A stretch of DNA of 64,000 nt from an uncultured Candidatus Saccharibacteria bacterium. Its GTDB lineage: Bacteria; Patescibacteriota; Minisyncoccia; Phycocordibacterales; UBA2100. The DNA lies in assembly GCA_964437185.1 (NCBI GenBank), contig CAYTFU010000003.1, positions 26,409-90,408 of the forward strand, read 5' to 3'. Made by a program: the position numbers and the translations under genes. Below, piece by piece: positions 26,154 to 35,606 of this stretch. The notes under the pieces are model-generated. The model searched no databases. It saw only the letters and a list, made by a program, of their open reading frames with translations, and was not told the origin of the DNA. Numbering within the stretch: position 1 is the stretch's first letter; each line of letters begins with the position of its first letter.

Positions 26154-27803
26154 ATGAATATTCGCGAAGATATCGCTCGAATCATAAAGGGCGATGCGCA
26201 GGACGACGACGCGACGCGGGCGCAGTATAGTCACGACACAAGCATTTTTGAAAAAACTCCGGCCGTGGTTGTCTTTCCGAAGGATGCGGAGGATGTGTCA
26301 TCTGTCGTGAAATACGCGAACGACGCGAAGCTTGCGGGCAACCACATATCGGTAGCCGCGCGCTCGGCAGGCACCGACATGACGGGCGGCCCGCTTACCG
26401 ACTCGATCTCAATGGTGTTTACAAAATACATGAACCACATTGGCGAAATTGGTGATGATTACGCCGAGACGGAACCCGGCGTGTACTACCGAGATTTTGA
26501 GAAGGCGACACTCGAAAAACGCGGCATGATCATGCCTTCATACCCCGCTTCTCGTGGAATCTGCGCGCTCGGAGGCATGGTCTCCAATAATTCTGGAGGA
26601 GAACTCACCCTGCAGTATGGAAAAACGAATCGCTTTGTCCGATCTCTCGATGTCGTGCTTTCCGATGGCACCAAAGCGACTTTCAAACCGCTTACGAGTG
26701 CCGAACTTGCCGAAAAAAAGGCGCTCGATACGCTTGAAGGAAGCATTTATCGCGACGTTCATTCGCTCATCACTGAGCATGCCTCGGAAATAGAGGCCGC
26801 TCGTCCTACCGTGACCAAAAATTCCGCTGGCTACGCACTCTGGGATGTCATGAATCCGAAGTACGGAACATTCGATCTTTCGCAACTCGTCGTCGGATCC
26901 CAAGGTACGCTTGCGATTGTGACAAAAGCCCGCCTCGGCCTCGTGAAGACAAAGGAGCATCGCGCAATGCTCGTCATTTTTCTCTCAGACATCAGTATTT
27001 TGCCGGAGATCGTATCGCGCGTACTGAAATACAACCCTGAGTCGTTTGAATCGTATGATGATCAGACCTTCAAGCTCGCGGTGCGCTTCGTGCGACAGAT
27101 CGTGAGCCACTTTGGTATCGAACGAATGATTCGACTCGGCTTTTCTTTCATCCCCGAAATGTGGCTCGTGCTTACGGGCGGCGTCCCGAAGCTCGTCCTG
27201 ATGGCGGAATTTGCTGAGGACACGCCTGAGGAGGCGCTCCGGCAAGCTGAAGGCGCGCGCGACGCGCTTCACGATCTCTCCGTCCAAACCAAGATCGCGC
27301 AGTCGGAGGCAGCGGCGGCCAAATATTGGACGATTCGCCGCGAGAGCTTTTCGCTGCTGCGAAAAAATCTGAAAGGGCTTTACGCCGCCCCTTTTATCGA
27401 TGACATCGTGGTGCATCCCAGCGACTACCCGAAGTTTCTTCCGGAGCTCCAGGCCATACTTTCTGAATATAAACTCATTTACACCATTGCGGGGCATATC
27501 GGCGACGGCAACTTTCACATTATCCCTCTCATGAACCTTGGCCGCCCCGCCGATCACCAGCATATTTTGGAACTCTCGCCGCGCGTGTATGAACTCGTCG
27601 GCAAGTATCGCGGCTCGATCACGGGCGAGCACAACGACGGCATAATACGCACACCCTACCTGCCGCTCATGTTTGGAGAGAAGATGTGCGCGCTCTTCGC
27701 CGAAGTGAAGAGAATTTTTGATCCTCTCAACATCTTCAATCCTGGCAAAAAAATCGGTGGTACGATTGCAGATATAGAAGCGTTTATGATTAAACATGGT
27801 TGA
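26154..27803 (+). CDS. FAD-linked oxidase (PCMH-type FAD-binding domain; GlcD / D-lactate dehydrogenase-like)
   Basis: SAGTDMTGGPL... FAD-binding signature; start moved to the internal ATG at 26154 (MNIRED...) to avoid overlapping the convergent HTH gene. Confidence 0.65.
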   Translation: MNIREDIARIIKGDAQDDDATRAQYSHDTSIFEKTPAVVVFPKDAEDVSSVVKYANDAKLAGNHISVAARSAGTDMTGGPLTDSISMVFTKYMNHIGEIGDDYAETEPGVYYRDFEKATLEKRGMIMPSYPASRGICALGGMVSNNSGGELTLQYGKTNRFVRSLDVVLSDGTKATFKPLTSAELAEKKALDTLEGSIYRDVHSLITEHASEIEAARPTVTKNSAGYALWDVMNPKYGTFDLSQLVVGSQGTLAIVTKARLGLVKTKEHRAMLVIFLSDISILPEIVSRVLKYNPESFESYDDQTFKLAVRFVRQIVSHFGIERMIRLGFSFIPEMWLVLTGGVPKLVLMAEFAEDTPEEALRQAEGARDALHDLSVQTKIAQSEAAAAKYWTIRRESFSLLRKNLKGLYAAPFIDDIVVHPSDYPKFLPELQAILSEYKLIYTIAGHIGDGNFHIIPLMNLGRPADHQHILELSPRVYELVGKYRGSITGEHNDGIIRTPYLPLMFGEKMCALFAEVKRIFDPLNIFNPGKKIGGTIADIEAFMIKHG

Positions 27804-28851
27804 TGGGCTCGGGAAAACGTTTGCGCTCGCTGGAATTGGATTTTTCTCCTTGATTGGAAATTTCGTTCCACGCGTGGCTTCGGCACACGAAGTGTACGTC
27901 TTGGATCCTGTCACGGTGGAGCACGCGATGGCGAGTGTCTCTCCAAACCCCTTCCTTGCATATTTTGGCAACGAAATACTTTTCTTCTTTTGGGGGTTTG
28001 TGGCTGCGGTGATTTTCTCCACGATGTTTGCAGGTTCGATATTCCACGTGCTGGAACATAAATTGGGCCCTACACTTTTCGCACTCAAAAAGTATGCACT
28101 TCCTATTGCACGTATCACGGTGGGTCTTTGTTTTGTCGCATTCGCGCTTTCAGGCAACATCTACGGCTCTGAACTCTTCCTTAAGCAGGGCTTCGGAGAG
28201 GCGACCCTCCTAATGCAAATCTTCCTCACCACCCTCGGAGCTCTGGCGACCCTCGGCCTCTTCACGCGAATAGCTGGCATCGGCATGTTGGTGGTCTACG
28301 GGCTTGCGTGGAGCGTGTGGGGAAACTATCTCCTCACGTACACTGACTTTCTTGGTGTCGCCGCACTGCTTGCAATCTTGGGCGGAGGGATGTTTTCAAT
28401 TGATTCTCTCCTCGGAGAAAAGATATCGGCGACCAATTCTTTCACCCTGAGGCTGCGCCCATATGCATTTCCGTTTCTTCGCATATGTTTCGGTTGGGGA
28501 GTGCTGTACGCTTCTATCTATGCGAAGTTTATTCATAGCCAGCTTGCGCTCGACGTCGTCAACATCCACGACCTCACACGCTTCTTCCCTTTTGATCCCC
28601 TCTTTGTTGTGCTCGGCGCACTTATCGTCGAATTCATCGCTGGATTGCTGGTCTTTTTCGGTGTCATGTTGCGCTGGACGCTCGTCTTTCTCGCCTTCTG
28701 GCTCACCCTCTCGCTCATCTACTTCCAGGAGCTCATTTGGCCTCACGGCATTCTCTTCGGCCTCGCCGTGGCACTCTTCTTGCATGGGTACGATGAATAC
28801 TCTATCGGTGGTCGATTCTTTAAGCGAAACGGAAAGGAGCCGGTAATTTAG
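27796..28851 (+). CDS. Polytopic membrane protein (hypothetical), 8-nt overlap with the oxidase gene
   Basis: 351 aa with multiple hydrophobic helices; no catalytic motif recognised. Confidence 0.45.
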   Translation: MVDGLGKTFALAGIGFFSLIGNFVPRVASAHEVYVLDPVTVEHAMASVSPNPFLAYFGNEILFFFWGFVAAVIFSTMFAGSIFHVLEHKLGPTLFALKKYALPIARITVGLCFVAFALSGNIYGSELFLKQGFGEATLLMQIFLTTLGALATLGLFTRIAGIGMLVVYGLAWSVWGNYLLTYTDFLGVAALLAILGGGMFSIDSLLGEKISATNSFTLRLRPYAFPFLRICFGWGVLYASIYAKFIHSQLALDVVNIHDLTRFFPFDPLFVVLGALIVEFIAGLLVFFGVMLRWTLVFLAFWLTLSLIYFQELIWPHGILFGLAVALFLHGYDEYSIGGRFFKRNGKEPVI

Positions 28852-29327
28852 CGCGGAGTTTTCCACAGGTCAGATGGCGGGGCACCTGATACAGTGCAAA
28901 TGGAGTTGCACTTTGACTGTTCCAATGAGGCGAGCTTTTTGATTCCCACATCCACGGGTGGGGCCCAAAACGCTCGCCTCTTGCTCTTAAACGAGGGAGG
29001 CGAGCGGCCAAGTTTTTAACATTCTGGGAGATTGACGTGTCACATGAACCTGAACGCCTCTCATTCGGCTTCCGGGATCAACCGTTGGCTACACTCGATG
29101 ATCCGAGCGAGTCGCAGACACCTGCACCCGCGCAGCCGATTTCCCTCGCCGGCCCACCCACTCCCGGCGATGATGCACAGAGCGAAGAAGAGTCTGACCA
29201 GGACCCGTTCGGCGTCCACGATGTCGAAAGCGATCCCATGTACGAGGGCCCCAACCGCTGCGACGACTGAACTCCTCGCGCCGACTCCATGTAAGGGGCC
29301 GCCACACAATTGTGGCGGCCTCAAGCA

Positions 29328-29888
29328 CTACGCGTTCGCGCCTTTTCGCACAAACAACATCAACACTATCAAAAACGCAAAGGCAGAAATTGCCATCATC
29401 GGATACGTAACATAGCCAAACTCGAGAAAGAGAATTTGCGTGCAGCTCACCATCCCATCACTCGGGCACGGGAGAGACCCGGCCGGATACATTTGGAGTA
29501 TGTGGTGGTAGATCGCTACACCAAGCCCTACCACAGAGAGTGCGATTGAGTAATCCGCGATTCGGACGTCGCGTTTCCATAGCGCCAAGGCAAATAGAAT
29601 CACCTGCGGATAGAGAAAGGCGCGCTGCCACCAGCACAGCGGACACGGAGGAAGGCTAAAAATGCTTGAATGAATGATAGTCATCGCGCTCGCGCCGAGC
29701 GTGACCACAAATCCAATTACGAGACCCCAACTATTCAAAAACCACGCGACGTCCTGGAGGTCGGGAAGCTTTTTGCGCAAAAAATAGAGTGCGAGCAAGC
29801 TCGCTGCAAATACCTGAATCGCGATCGTTCCAAGCGCCAACCAGTAGTTGAGCGTCTCAAGGGGCATGGTTACTGCGGCAAAGCGCAC
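29328..29888 (-). CDS. dsbB: Disulfide bond formation protein B (DsbB/BdbC family)
   Basis: Four TM helices; the CPLCWWQR motif in the first periplasmic loop is characteristic of DsbB/BdbC. Confidence 0.65.
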   Translation of the reverse strand: MRFAAVTMPLETLNYWLALGTIAIQVFAASLLALYFLRKKLPDLQDVAWFLNSWGLVIGFVVTLGASAMTIIHSSIFSLPPCPLCWWQRAFLYPQVILFALALWKRDVRIADYSIALSVVGLGVAIYHHILQMYPAGSLPCPSDGMVSCTQILFLEFGYVTYPMMAISAFAFLIVLMLFVRKGANA

Positions 29889-30250
29889 CCGCTTAGTTGT
29901 GACAATTCAATGAGTGAGCGCTCGCCCGTGAGCGTGCTTGTGCTGTTGGGAAATACCCACGTCGGATAGCTCGAAATGTTCTTCGCCTTGCACTCTTCAG
30001 TCTGCCCCTTACCGTCGGCGGTCGAGCACTCCACGTAGGGCAAGAGTTTCGCTGATCGGCCAAACATGGCCTTGGTCTTCTGACAGTGAGGGCACCAGAA
30101 AGCACCGTAAAATATCACGCCCTTATCCTTCAAGCACTGCGCGAAGGTGTCGAGTTGCCCCGGTCGTGCGTTTGCCATCGAAAGACTGCCGATTCCCGCG
30201 ACGATGATCGCGATTATCAAAAGCCAAAATATCATTACTCCTTTCTTCAT
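29870..30250 (-). CDS. Membrane-anchored DsbA-like thiol:disulfide oxidoreductase (CPHC active site)
   Basis: FYGAFWCPHCQKTKAMFG: thioredoxin fold with the DsbA-type CPHC motif; start chosen at MKKGVMIFWLL; 19-nt overlap with dsbB. Confidence 0.65.
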   Translation of the reverse strand: MKKGVMIFWLLIIAIIVAGIGSLSMANARPGQLDTFAQCLKDKGVIFYGAFWCPHCQKTKAMFGRSAKLLPYVECSTADGKGQTEECKAKNISSYPTWVFPNSTSTLTGERSLIELSQLSGCALPQ

Positions 30251-30270
30251 GGTTGAAATAATACACTGCC

Positions 30271-30831
30271 TTGCCACTGATGCCAAATGCTCGTATCTCA
30301 TATACAATGCCGCATATGAGCACACCGATTGAGAATATTGAGAAAGCGCTTCACGTAGAAGATATAGACCGCGATTTCGTTCTTCGCATTGTCCAACCGG
30401 CGCTCAACGGCCTTCTCGACGGATCAATTTCTACTCTCGCACCGCTCTTTGCCGCCGCATACGCAACGGGCAACTCTCACGTAACGTTTCTCGTCGGGAC
30501 CTCAGCGGCAATCGGAGCTGGCATCAGCATGGCCTTCGCTGAAGCGCTTTCCGACACGGGAGAATTGACGGGACGAGGCCACCCCGCAATGCGTGGTTTT
30601 ATTGTAGGCTTTATGACGTTTATTGGCGGAATACTGCACACACTCCCCTTCCTCATTTCAAATCTTTCAGTTGCGCTTTACCTCGCGTACCTCGTCGTTG
30701 GGCTCGAACTTATCGCCATCGCCTACATTCGATACAGATATTTCAAGATGCGATTCTGGCTCTCTGTAGTACAGGTCGTTATTGGCGGCGCGCTCGTATT
30801 TCTCGCCGGGGTTTTGATCGGCAGTGCATAA
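30271..30831 (+). CDS. VIT1/CCC1-family membrane protein (putative Fe/Mn transporter)
   Basis: Pattern ...GTSAAIGAGISMAFAEALSDTGELTGRG... and C-terminal TM helices resemble the VIT family; start uncertain (alternative 30316). Confidence 0.45.
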   Translation: MPLMPNARISYTMPHMSTPIENIEKALHVEDIDRDFVLRIVQPALNGLLDGSISTLAPLFAAAYATGNSHVTFLVGTSAAIGAGISMAFAEALSDTGELTGRGHPAMRGFIVGFMTFIGGILHTLPFLISNLSVALYLAYLVVGLELIAIAYIRYRYFKMRFWLSVVQVVIGGALVFLAGVLIGSA

Positions 30832-30856
30832 TTCAAGTGAGATTTTTTTATTTCTA

Positions 30857-30889
30857 CAAGGGTAACCCTTGAGAAAAGGGTTACCCTTG
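30857..30889. repeat. REP family 1 doublet
   Basis: CAAGGGTAACCCTTG at 30857-30871 and AAAGGGTTACCCTTG at 30875-30889. Confidence 0.85.
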
Positions 30890-30906
30890 TATTGACACAA
30901 GAGATT

Positions 30907-31353
30907 TTAGTGGTGGCGGGCGGCGCCGCACTTACAGCCCACCGGACGGATGAATTCGTCGTAATACTCTAAGTCGTAATCGATCGTGATCTCCTCGCAC
31001 TTTTGTATATCTCTCGTCGCGTGGATAAGTATTTTTCCATTGGTAATTTCCGCCTCGGTATTCGGATCGCAGCAGTGATTGATATATCGGGCGGTATTCG
31101 ATTGTGGAGAGCCGTCGATCGTCCACATCTCGTCGATTTCAAACAGGTAGCGAGATTTCGAGGTATCGGCCACCGGTGTCGGTATTTTCTGTCCCGTATA
31201 TTCGAGAATGAACTCGCCGTTCTTAATATCGGTGAGCGCAAAAAGTCCAGATCCCACGTCGGGCGCAACATCCTTTATCACAAAGCGAGCATCTATCGTT
31301 TCCATAACGAGCGAGTATAATGCATGTATGTCCAAACGCGAACACATTTCCAC
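30907..31353 (-). CDS. SET-domain protein (putative protein-lysine methyltransferase)
   Basis: GSGLFAL...EYTG...NHCCDPN...ITIDYD: canonical SET motifs; start may instead be METIDARF (30907..31305), which removes the overlap with hisS. Confidence 0.7.
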   Translation of the reverse strand: MEMCSRLDIHALYSLVMETIDARFVIKDVAPDVGSGLFALTDIKNGEFILEYTGQKIPTPVADTSKSRYLFEIDEMWTIDGSPQSNTARYINHCCDPNTEAEITNGKILIHATRDIQKCEEITIDYDLEYYDEFIRPVGCKCGAARHH

Positions 31354-32590
31354 GGAAAATTACAAGGGCGTGCGAGATTTTTATCCCGAAGACTTCTTTC
31401 TTCAGAAATATATTTTTGAACACATGGAGCGCGTGTGCGAGCTTTTCGGCTACGAAGAGTACACTGCCTCCGTGCTTGAACCGGCGGAGTTGTACCGCGC
31501 AAAGAGCAGCGAGGAAATTGTAAATGAGCAGACCTACACCTTTACGGATCGCGGAGGCAGGGATGTAACGCTTCGTCCCGAAATGACTCCCACGCTCGCG
31601 CGCATGATCGCCGCTCGACAGCGTGACATTCCACTCCCCGCTCGCTGGTACACCATCGCCAATGTGTTTCGATACGAACGACCTCAGCGAGGCCGACTCC
31701 GCGAGCACTGGCAGCTCAACGCCGACATCGTGGGCGTGGAGGGCGTCGAGGCCGACGCCGAAATTATCGCAGTCGCGCACGGCGTCATGCGCTCAATGGG
31801 AGCGGATGAGAGAAATTTTGAAATCAGAGTGTCCGACCGCCGCATTCTCGACGCAATCTATCAGTCCGTTGGAATTGCCAAAGAATATGCGGGTAATGTT
31901 ACGCGCCTTCTAGATCGCCGGGCAAAGATAGATGACTTTGAAAAAGAATTGACCGAAATGATTGCGCACGAGGAAAAGGCTATCAAGCTCATCGAGGAAC
32001 TCGAGAACATTACCTCTACCGCGTACCTCGAAGAACTTCGCACGCGTCTTGAACAGATGGGTGTGCGCAACATGGTCGTTGATACCAAAATTACGCGCGG
32101 CTTTGATTATTACACAGGAATGGTTTTTGAAGTGTACGACACCGATGAGAGCAATCGGCGATCGCTCTTTGGCGGAGGTCGATACGACAGTCTTCTGAGC
32201 CTCTTTGGCGGCGAGTCGATCCCCGCTGTCGGATTCGGCATGGGCGACGTCACGGCGCGCGATTTCCTTGAGACGCACAACCTCATCCCCTCATACGTAC
32301 CGTCTACCGAACTCATGATCTGCGTCGTCGAACCTGAAGCGACATCACATGCAGTGCAACTCGCACAGAGCCTTCGTCGCGAAGACGTGACGGTAGCTGT
32401 GAACTTCTCCGGCAAGCGCATCGGCGATCAAATCCGTCACGCGGACAAAGCAAAAATCCCCTTCGTCATCGCCGTCGGCTCAAAGGAACGCGACACCGGG
32501 CGCTATACGATCAAAAACCTTTCGACGGGCAACGAAATCACGCTTTCCGCCGACCGTATTTCTGAGCATCTCTTCTCCTCACTCGGCTAA
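31328..32590 (+). CDS. hisS: Histidine--tRNA ligase
   Basis: Class II aaRS motifs and a HisRS-specific anticodon-binding domain; start at MSKREHIS, internal to the longer track ORF. Confidence 0.85.
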   Translation: MSKREHISTENYKGVRDFYPEDFFLQKYIFEHMERVCELFGYEEYTASVLEPAELYRAKSSEEIVNEQTYTFTDRGGRDVTLRPEMTPTLARMIAARQRDIPLPARWYTIANVFRYERPQRGRLREHWQLNADIVGVEGVEADAEIIAVAHGVMRSMGADERNFEIRVSDRRILDAIYQSVGIAKEYAGNVTRLLDRRAKIDDFEKELTEMIAHEEKAIKLIEELENITSTAYLEELRTRLEQMGVRNMVVDTKITRGFDYYTGMVFEVYDTDESNRRSLFGGGRYDSLLSLFGGESIPAVGFGMGDVTARDFLETHNLIPSYVPSTELMICVVEPEATSHAVQLAQSLRREDVTVAVNFSGKRIGDQIRHADKAKIPFVIAVGSKERDTGRYTIKNLSTGNEITLSADRISEHLFSSLG

Positions 32591-32609
32591 TATTCCCGAC
32601 ATACCGAAC

Positions 32610-33185
32610 ATGCGAACCGTTGTTTTCGATATTGAGACCGCAAATTGGATGAGCGACATCGGCTCTTCTGACCCGGCCGATCTTACGATCGCGATTGTAT
32701 GTATCCACGATTCCGAGACCGACACCTACTCTAGCTACCTCGAAAGTGAGCTTCACCAACTTTGGAACATTCTTGAGCGCACCGATGTGCTCGTCGGCTA
32801 CAACTCCGATCATTTCGATATTCCGCTTTTGAATAAGTACTACCCGGGCGATCTCACGCGCATAAAAAGTCTCGACATAATGAAAGAGGTACACTCATCG
32901 CTCGGGCGGAGGCTCAAGCTCGACTCCATCGCCGAAGCGACGCTCGGCACCAAAAAATCCGCATCCGGCTCTCAATCGCTCCAATGGTGGCGTGCTGGAG
33001 AAGTCGAAAAGGTGCGATCTTATTGCCTCAAGGACGTCGAGATCACAAAAAATATTTTTGACTATGCACTAAAAAACGGCTCTATAAAGTACAAAGACCT
33101 CGGCCGTTCGCGCGAAGTGAAGCTCAACACTTCAAAATGGCTCTCTCCCGCCGGCGGCGCCATGACATTTACGCTTGGGTTGTAA
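32610..33185 (+). CDS. DEDDy-type 3'-5' exonuclease-like (RNase H-like fold) protein
   Basis: Exo I VVFDIETAN, Exo II GYNSDHFDIPLL, Exo III YCLKDVEIT. Confidence 0.55.
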   Translation: MRTVVFDIETANWMSDIGSSDPADLTIAIVCIHDSETDTYSSYLESELHQLWNILERTDVLVGYNSDHFDIPLLNKYYPGDLTRIKSLDIMKEVHSSLGRRLKLDSIAEATLGTKKSASGSQSLQWWRAGEVEKVRSYCLKDVEITKNIFDYALKNGSIKYKDLGRSREVKLNTSKWLSPAGGAMTFTLGL

Positions 33186-33268
33186 ATATTTGACAGTCTG
33201 TGCCGCGCTGCTAGTCTGCTCGGCAGGCGGGTATATTCCCGCGTTCACAACGCACAGAGGAGGCGCTT

Positions 33269-33820
33269 ATGTGGAGGATGCTCATCCCAAACAGCTTAAC
33301 TGCGTACAGGCTCTGTGTAGGTCTCGTACTGCCAGGGTTGTATCTTCACGGATGGCGATTGGGGCTACTTGTTTTCGGCGTAACCGCCGCTGCAAGTGAT
33401 TTGCTTGACGGTTTCAGTGCACGCCTGCTCAAAAGCACCAGCGAACTCGGCAAGAAGTTCGATCCCGTAGCCGACATGACTTTATGTATCGGGGGTGTTT
33501 CAGTGGTACTCATCGACGTCGGTGTCACTTGGTACGCTCTGATCTACTGGGTACCTGTAGCATGGGCCGCCTACTACACGGTGGCCGTGTCGGCAATGCG
33601 ATGCCATGGACTCATCGAGGCTTCGAACCTGGAAGCGCGAGTCGCAATTGCGTTAATGATGATAAGTGGTTGTGCATTTTACGGACGCATAACCTTACAT
33701 CAGGAACCTGACCCGTCGTTTCGTCTCGAGCGAATCGCCATTGGCCTCCTGATTATCGGCTGCGTTTTCGAGATGCTTGCAATCCGAAAGTATCGGTTAG
33801 AGGCCAGCCAGACTATCTAG
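33269..33820 (+). CDS. CDP-alcohol phosphatidyltransferase family protein
   Basis: DLLDGFSARLLKSTSELGKKFDPVAD matches D-x2-DG-x2-AR-x8-G-x3-D-x3-D; multi-TM. Confidence 0.75.
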   Translation: MWRMLIPNSLTAYRLCVGLVLPGLYLHGWRLGLLVFGVTAAASDLLDGFSARLLKSTSELGKKFDPVADMTLCIGGVSVVLIDVGVTWYALIYWVPVAWAAYYTVAVSAMRCHGLIEASNLEARVAIALMMISGCAFYGRITLHQEPDPSFRLERIAIGLLIIGCVFEMLAIRKYRLEASQTI

Positions 33821-33904
33821 GCGTTCTTTTACCCTAATGGCCCGCTCCTGGAGGAAGCGGGCCGCGCTATTTATAGTGTGTGTTTACACGAGCTTGTCGA
33901 ATTG

Positions 33905-33977
33905 TGCTTGGGACCAGAATCGAACTGGTGACCCTTCCCTCTTCAGGGGAATGCTCTACCAACTGAGCTACCCAAGC
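33905..33977 (-). tRNA. tRNA-Phe (anticodon GAA)
   Basis: Cloverleaf read from the reverse complement: acceptor GCTTGGG/CCCAAGC, D arm GCTC-AGTTGGTA-GAGC, anticodon loop CTGAAGA, T arm ACCAG-TTCGATT-CTGGT, discriminator A. Confidence 0.8.
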
Positions 33978-34149
33978 CCATACACCAAATTTGCCATCGT
34001 TTTTATTGCATCCCAAACTAGTCCGCGGACACACTCGATGGGCAAACGGTATGTACATGCATCATCTCAAAATAAAACATAAATGCAATTACGGCAAAAT
34101 TGGTGTCGGGGCAAGCGTGCAGTCACTGCCACGCCAACCCAGATCATTT

Positions 34150-34491
34150 TTACTCTGGCGTGGAGGTGGCCTGTGTCGATGAGGGAGATCGCAAAAAACT
34201 CGACAATTTACCCACGATTTCCTCCAATTGATCGCGAAAACCGCCCATTTGCGTCCCCGCCTCTACGCCAACACCCTGAACCTTGTTGACCGTCTGCAAC
34301 ACCTGCTGTACTGAAGGATTGACGTACGTCATGTAAAACCATAGCGGGCCGAGGAGGAGGAGCGCGTAGATAAGAAATTTTACGAGACCGCCCCAAAACG
34401 CATTGCGCCGCATCGCGTGGAGCATTTTGTTGTTTTCACGAACCATCTTGTATATCTCCTGCTGCTGCCCCTGGTATGGATTGATTTCCAT
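34150..34491 (-). CDS. Small membrane protein (hypothetical)
   Basis: 113 aa with a central TM helix. Confidence 0.4.
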   Translation of the reverse strand: MEINPYQGQQQEIYKMVRENNKMLHAMRRNAFWGGLVKFLIYALLLLGPLWFYMTYVNPSVQQVLQTVNKVQGVGVEAGTQMGGFRDQLEEIVGKLSSFLRSPSSTQATSTPE

Positions 34492-34532
34492 GTGTTTATT
34501 ATATCATCATCAAAATGCTACAGTAACGATGC

Positions 34533-34604
34533 GCCCTCGTAGCACAATGGATAGTGCGGACCCGTCCTAAGGGTATGATTTCGGTTCGATTCCGGACGAG
34601 GGCA
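34533..34604 (+). tRNA. tRNA-Arg (anticodon CCT)
   Basis: Acceptor GCCCTCG/CGAGGGC, D arm GCAC-AATGGATA-GTGC, anticodon loop GTCCTAA, T arm TTCGG-TTCGATT-CCGGA, discriminator A. Confidence 0.7.
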
Positions 34605-34847
34605 CTAAATCGCGAGCAGCTCGCGTAGGCGGTGCTCGTCGAAGCCGACGACGAGGTCACTGCCTACGGTGATCACAGGGACGCCCATCTGTCCGCTTTT
34701 TTCGATCATCTCCTTGCGCTTCGGGAGATCGGTGCCCACATTGTATTCGGTAAAAGACACTCCATTTGCAGCAAAGAAGTCTTTGGCCAAGTGGCAAAAG
34801 TGGCAGGTGTTGGTCGTATAAATAGTTACGGGCTTTTTTGTTGCCAT
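34605..34847 (-). CDS. Glutaredoxin/NrdH-like redoxin (CHFC active site)
   Basis: VTIYTTNTCHFCHLAKDFF...GVPVITVG: glutaredoxin fold. Confidence 0.7.
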   Translation of the reverse strand: MATKKPVTIYTTNTCHFCHLAKDFFAANGVSFTEYNVGTDLPKRKEMIEKSGQMGVPVITVGSDLVVGFDEHRLRELLAI

Positions 34848-34924
34848 ATAATTATTTTGAAAATATTAAAGGACGGTCAGTATACCACGCGGACTTATCC
34901 ACAGCTGACACTCATGGGACTGTG

Positions 34925-34995
34925 TGCGGAATACGAGAATCGAACTCGTATCTACTGCTTGGGAAGCAGTCGTTCTACCACTAAACTAATTCCGC
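34925..34995 (-). tRNA. tRNA-Gly (anticodon CCC)
   Basis: Reverse complement: acceptor GCGGAAT/ATTCCGC, anticodon stem-loop ACTGC-TTCCCAA-GCAGT, T arm ACGAG-TTCGATT-CTCGT, discriminator A. Confidence 0.75.
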
Positions 34996-35039
34996 CTGAC
35001 GTGAAATTTATCAAAATTTTTACGTTTCCGCGAGCTACC

Positions 35040-35408
35040 TCACCACCCGAACACTCCCCTGATTTTCTGCATCATCGTGGATGTCGCTTCGGTAACCGTC
35101 GCAGCTTGCGGCTCGACGATAACGATGAGTCCCTCTCCCTCGCGCGCCAAAGAGTACTGTTCACGTAGAAGCTCCTCCATGCCGCGCTGCGACTGGAGGC
35201 TCGCGATATCTTTGTCAAGCTGCTGTCTCCTTGTCGCCAGGTCAGCGAGCTGAATTTCAGCCTCAATGCGAAGAGCGGCGGATTCGCGTTCTTTCTCATA
35301 CGCGCTCCACAAACTGAAACCAGCAAAAACGACAAGAGCGACCACGAGTGCCAAAACAACACGCCGACCAAAAAGCCTCACCGGATCGTTTCTTTGTCTA
35401 ATTGCCAT
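35040..35408 (-). CDS. Septum formation initiator (FtsB/DivIC-like) cell division protein
   Basis: N-terminal TM followed by coiled coil ...LRIEAEIQLADLATRRQQLDKDIASLQS... . Confidence 0.5.
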   Translation of the reverse strand: MAIRQRNDPVRLFGRRVVLALVVALVVFAGFSLWSAYEKERESAALRIEAEIQLADLATRRQQLDKDIASLQSQRGMEELLREQYSLAREGEGLIVIVEPQAATVTEATSTMMQKIRGVFGW

Positions 35409-35578
35409 ACGATAACTATTCCATTATACTAACAAAGCGAGTGTATATGAGTTTTCTTTTTCACAAACGAACAAAAAAAGCGATTCAGATTATCTGGAGC
35501 GTGGTGGCCGTGCTGATCATTCTCGGTATGGTGGTATTCTTCGCCCCTGGGTTTGCCAACCTTATCTAGCCTTTTCCA

Positions 35579-35593
35579 CAAGGGTTACCCTTG
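35579..35593. repeat. REP family 1 unit
   Basis: CAAGGGTTACCCTTG between ftsB-like and lepA. Confidence 0.8.
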
Positions 35594-35606
35594 TTGGAGT
35601 GAAGGA

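Noticed and set aside
29037-29270. 77-aa acidic + strand ORF and neighbouring overlapping ORFs (28820-29330)
   Set aside because: GC-rich intergenic-looking stretch with ORFs in several frames and on both strands and no distinguishing motif. Left unannotated.
31208-31327. Extended N-terminus of hisS from the track ORF (start 31208)
   Set aside because: It would overlap most of the SET-domain gene's 5' end. MSKREHISTENYKG at 31328 is a typical HisRS N-terminus.
4320-35593. Possible CRISPR array suggested by the recurring palindrome CAAGGGTWACCCTTG
   Set aside because: Copies are irregularly spaced (4 nt to about 15 kb apart), mostly in inverted doublets, with no uniform spacers and no cas genes. 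They fit REP elements associated with a RAYT instead.
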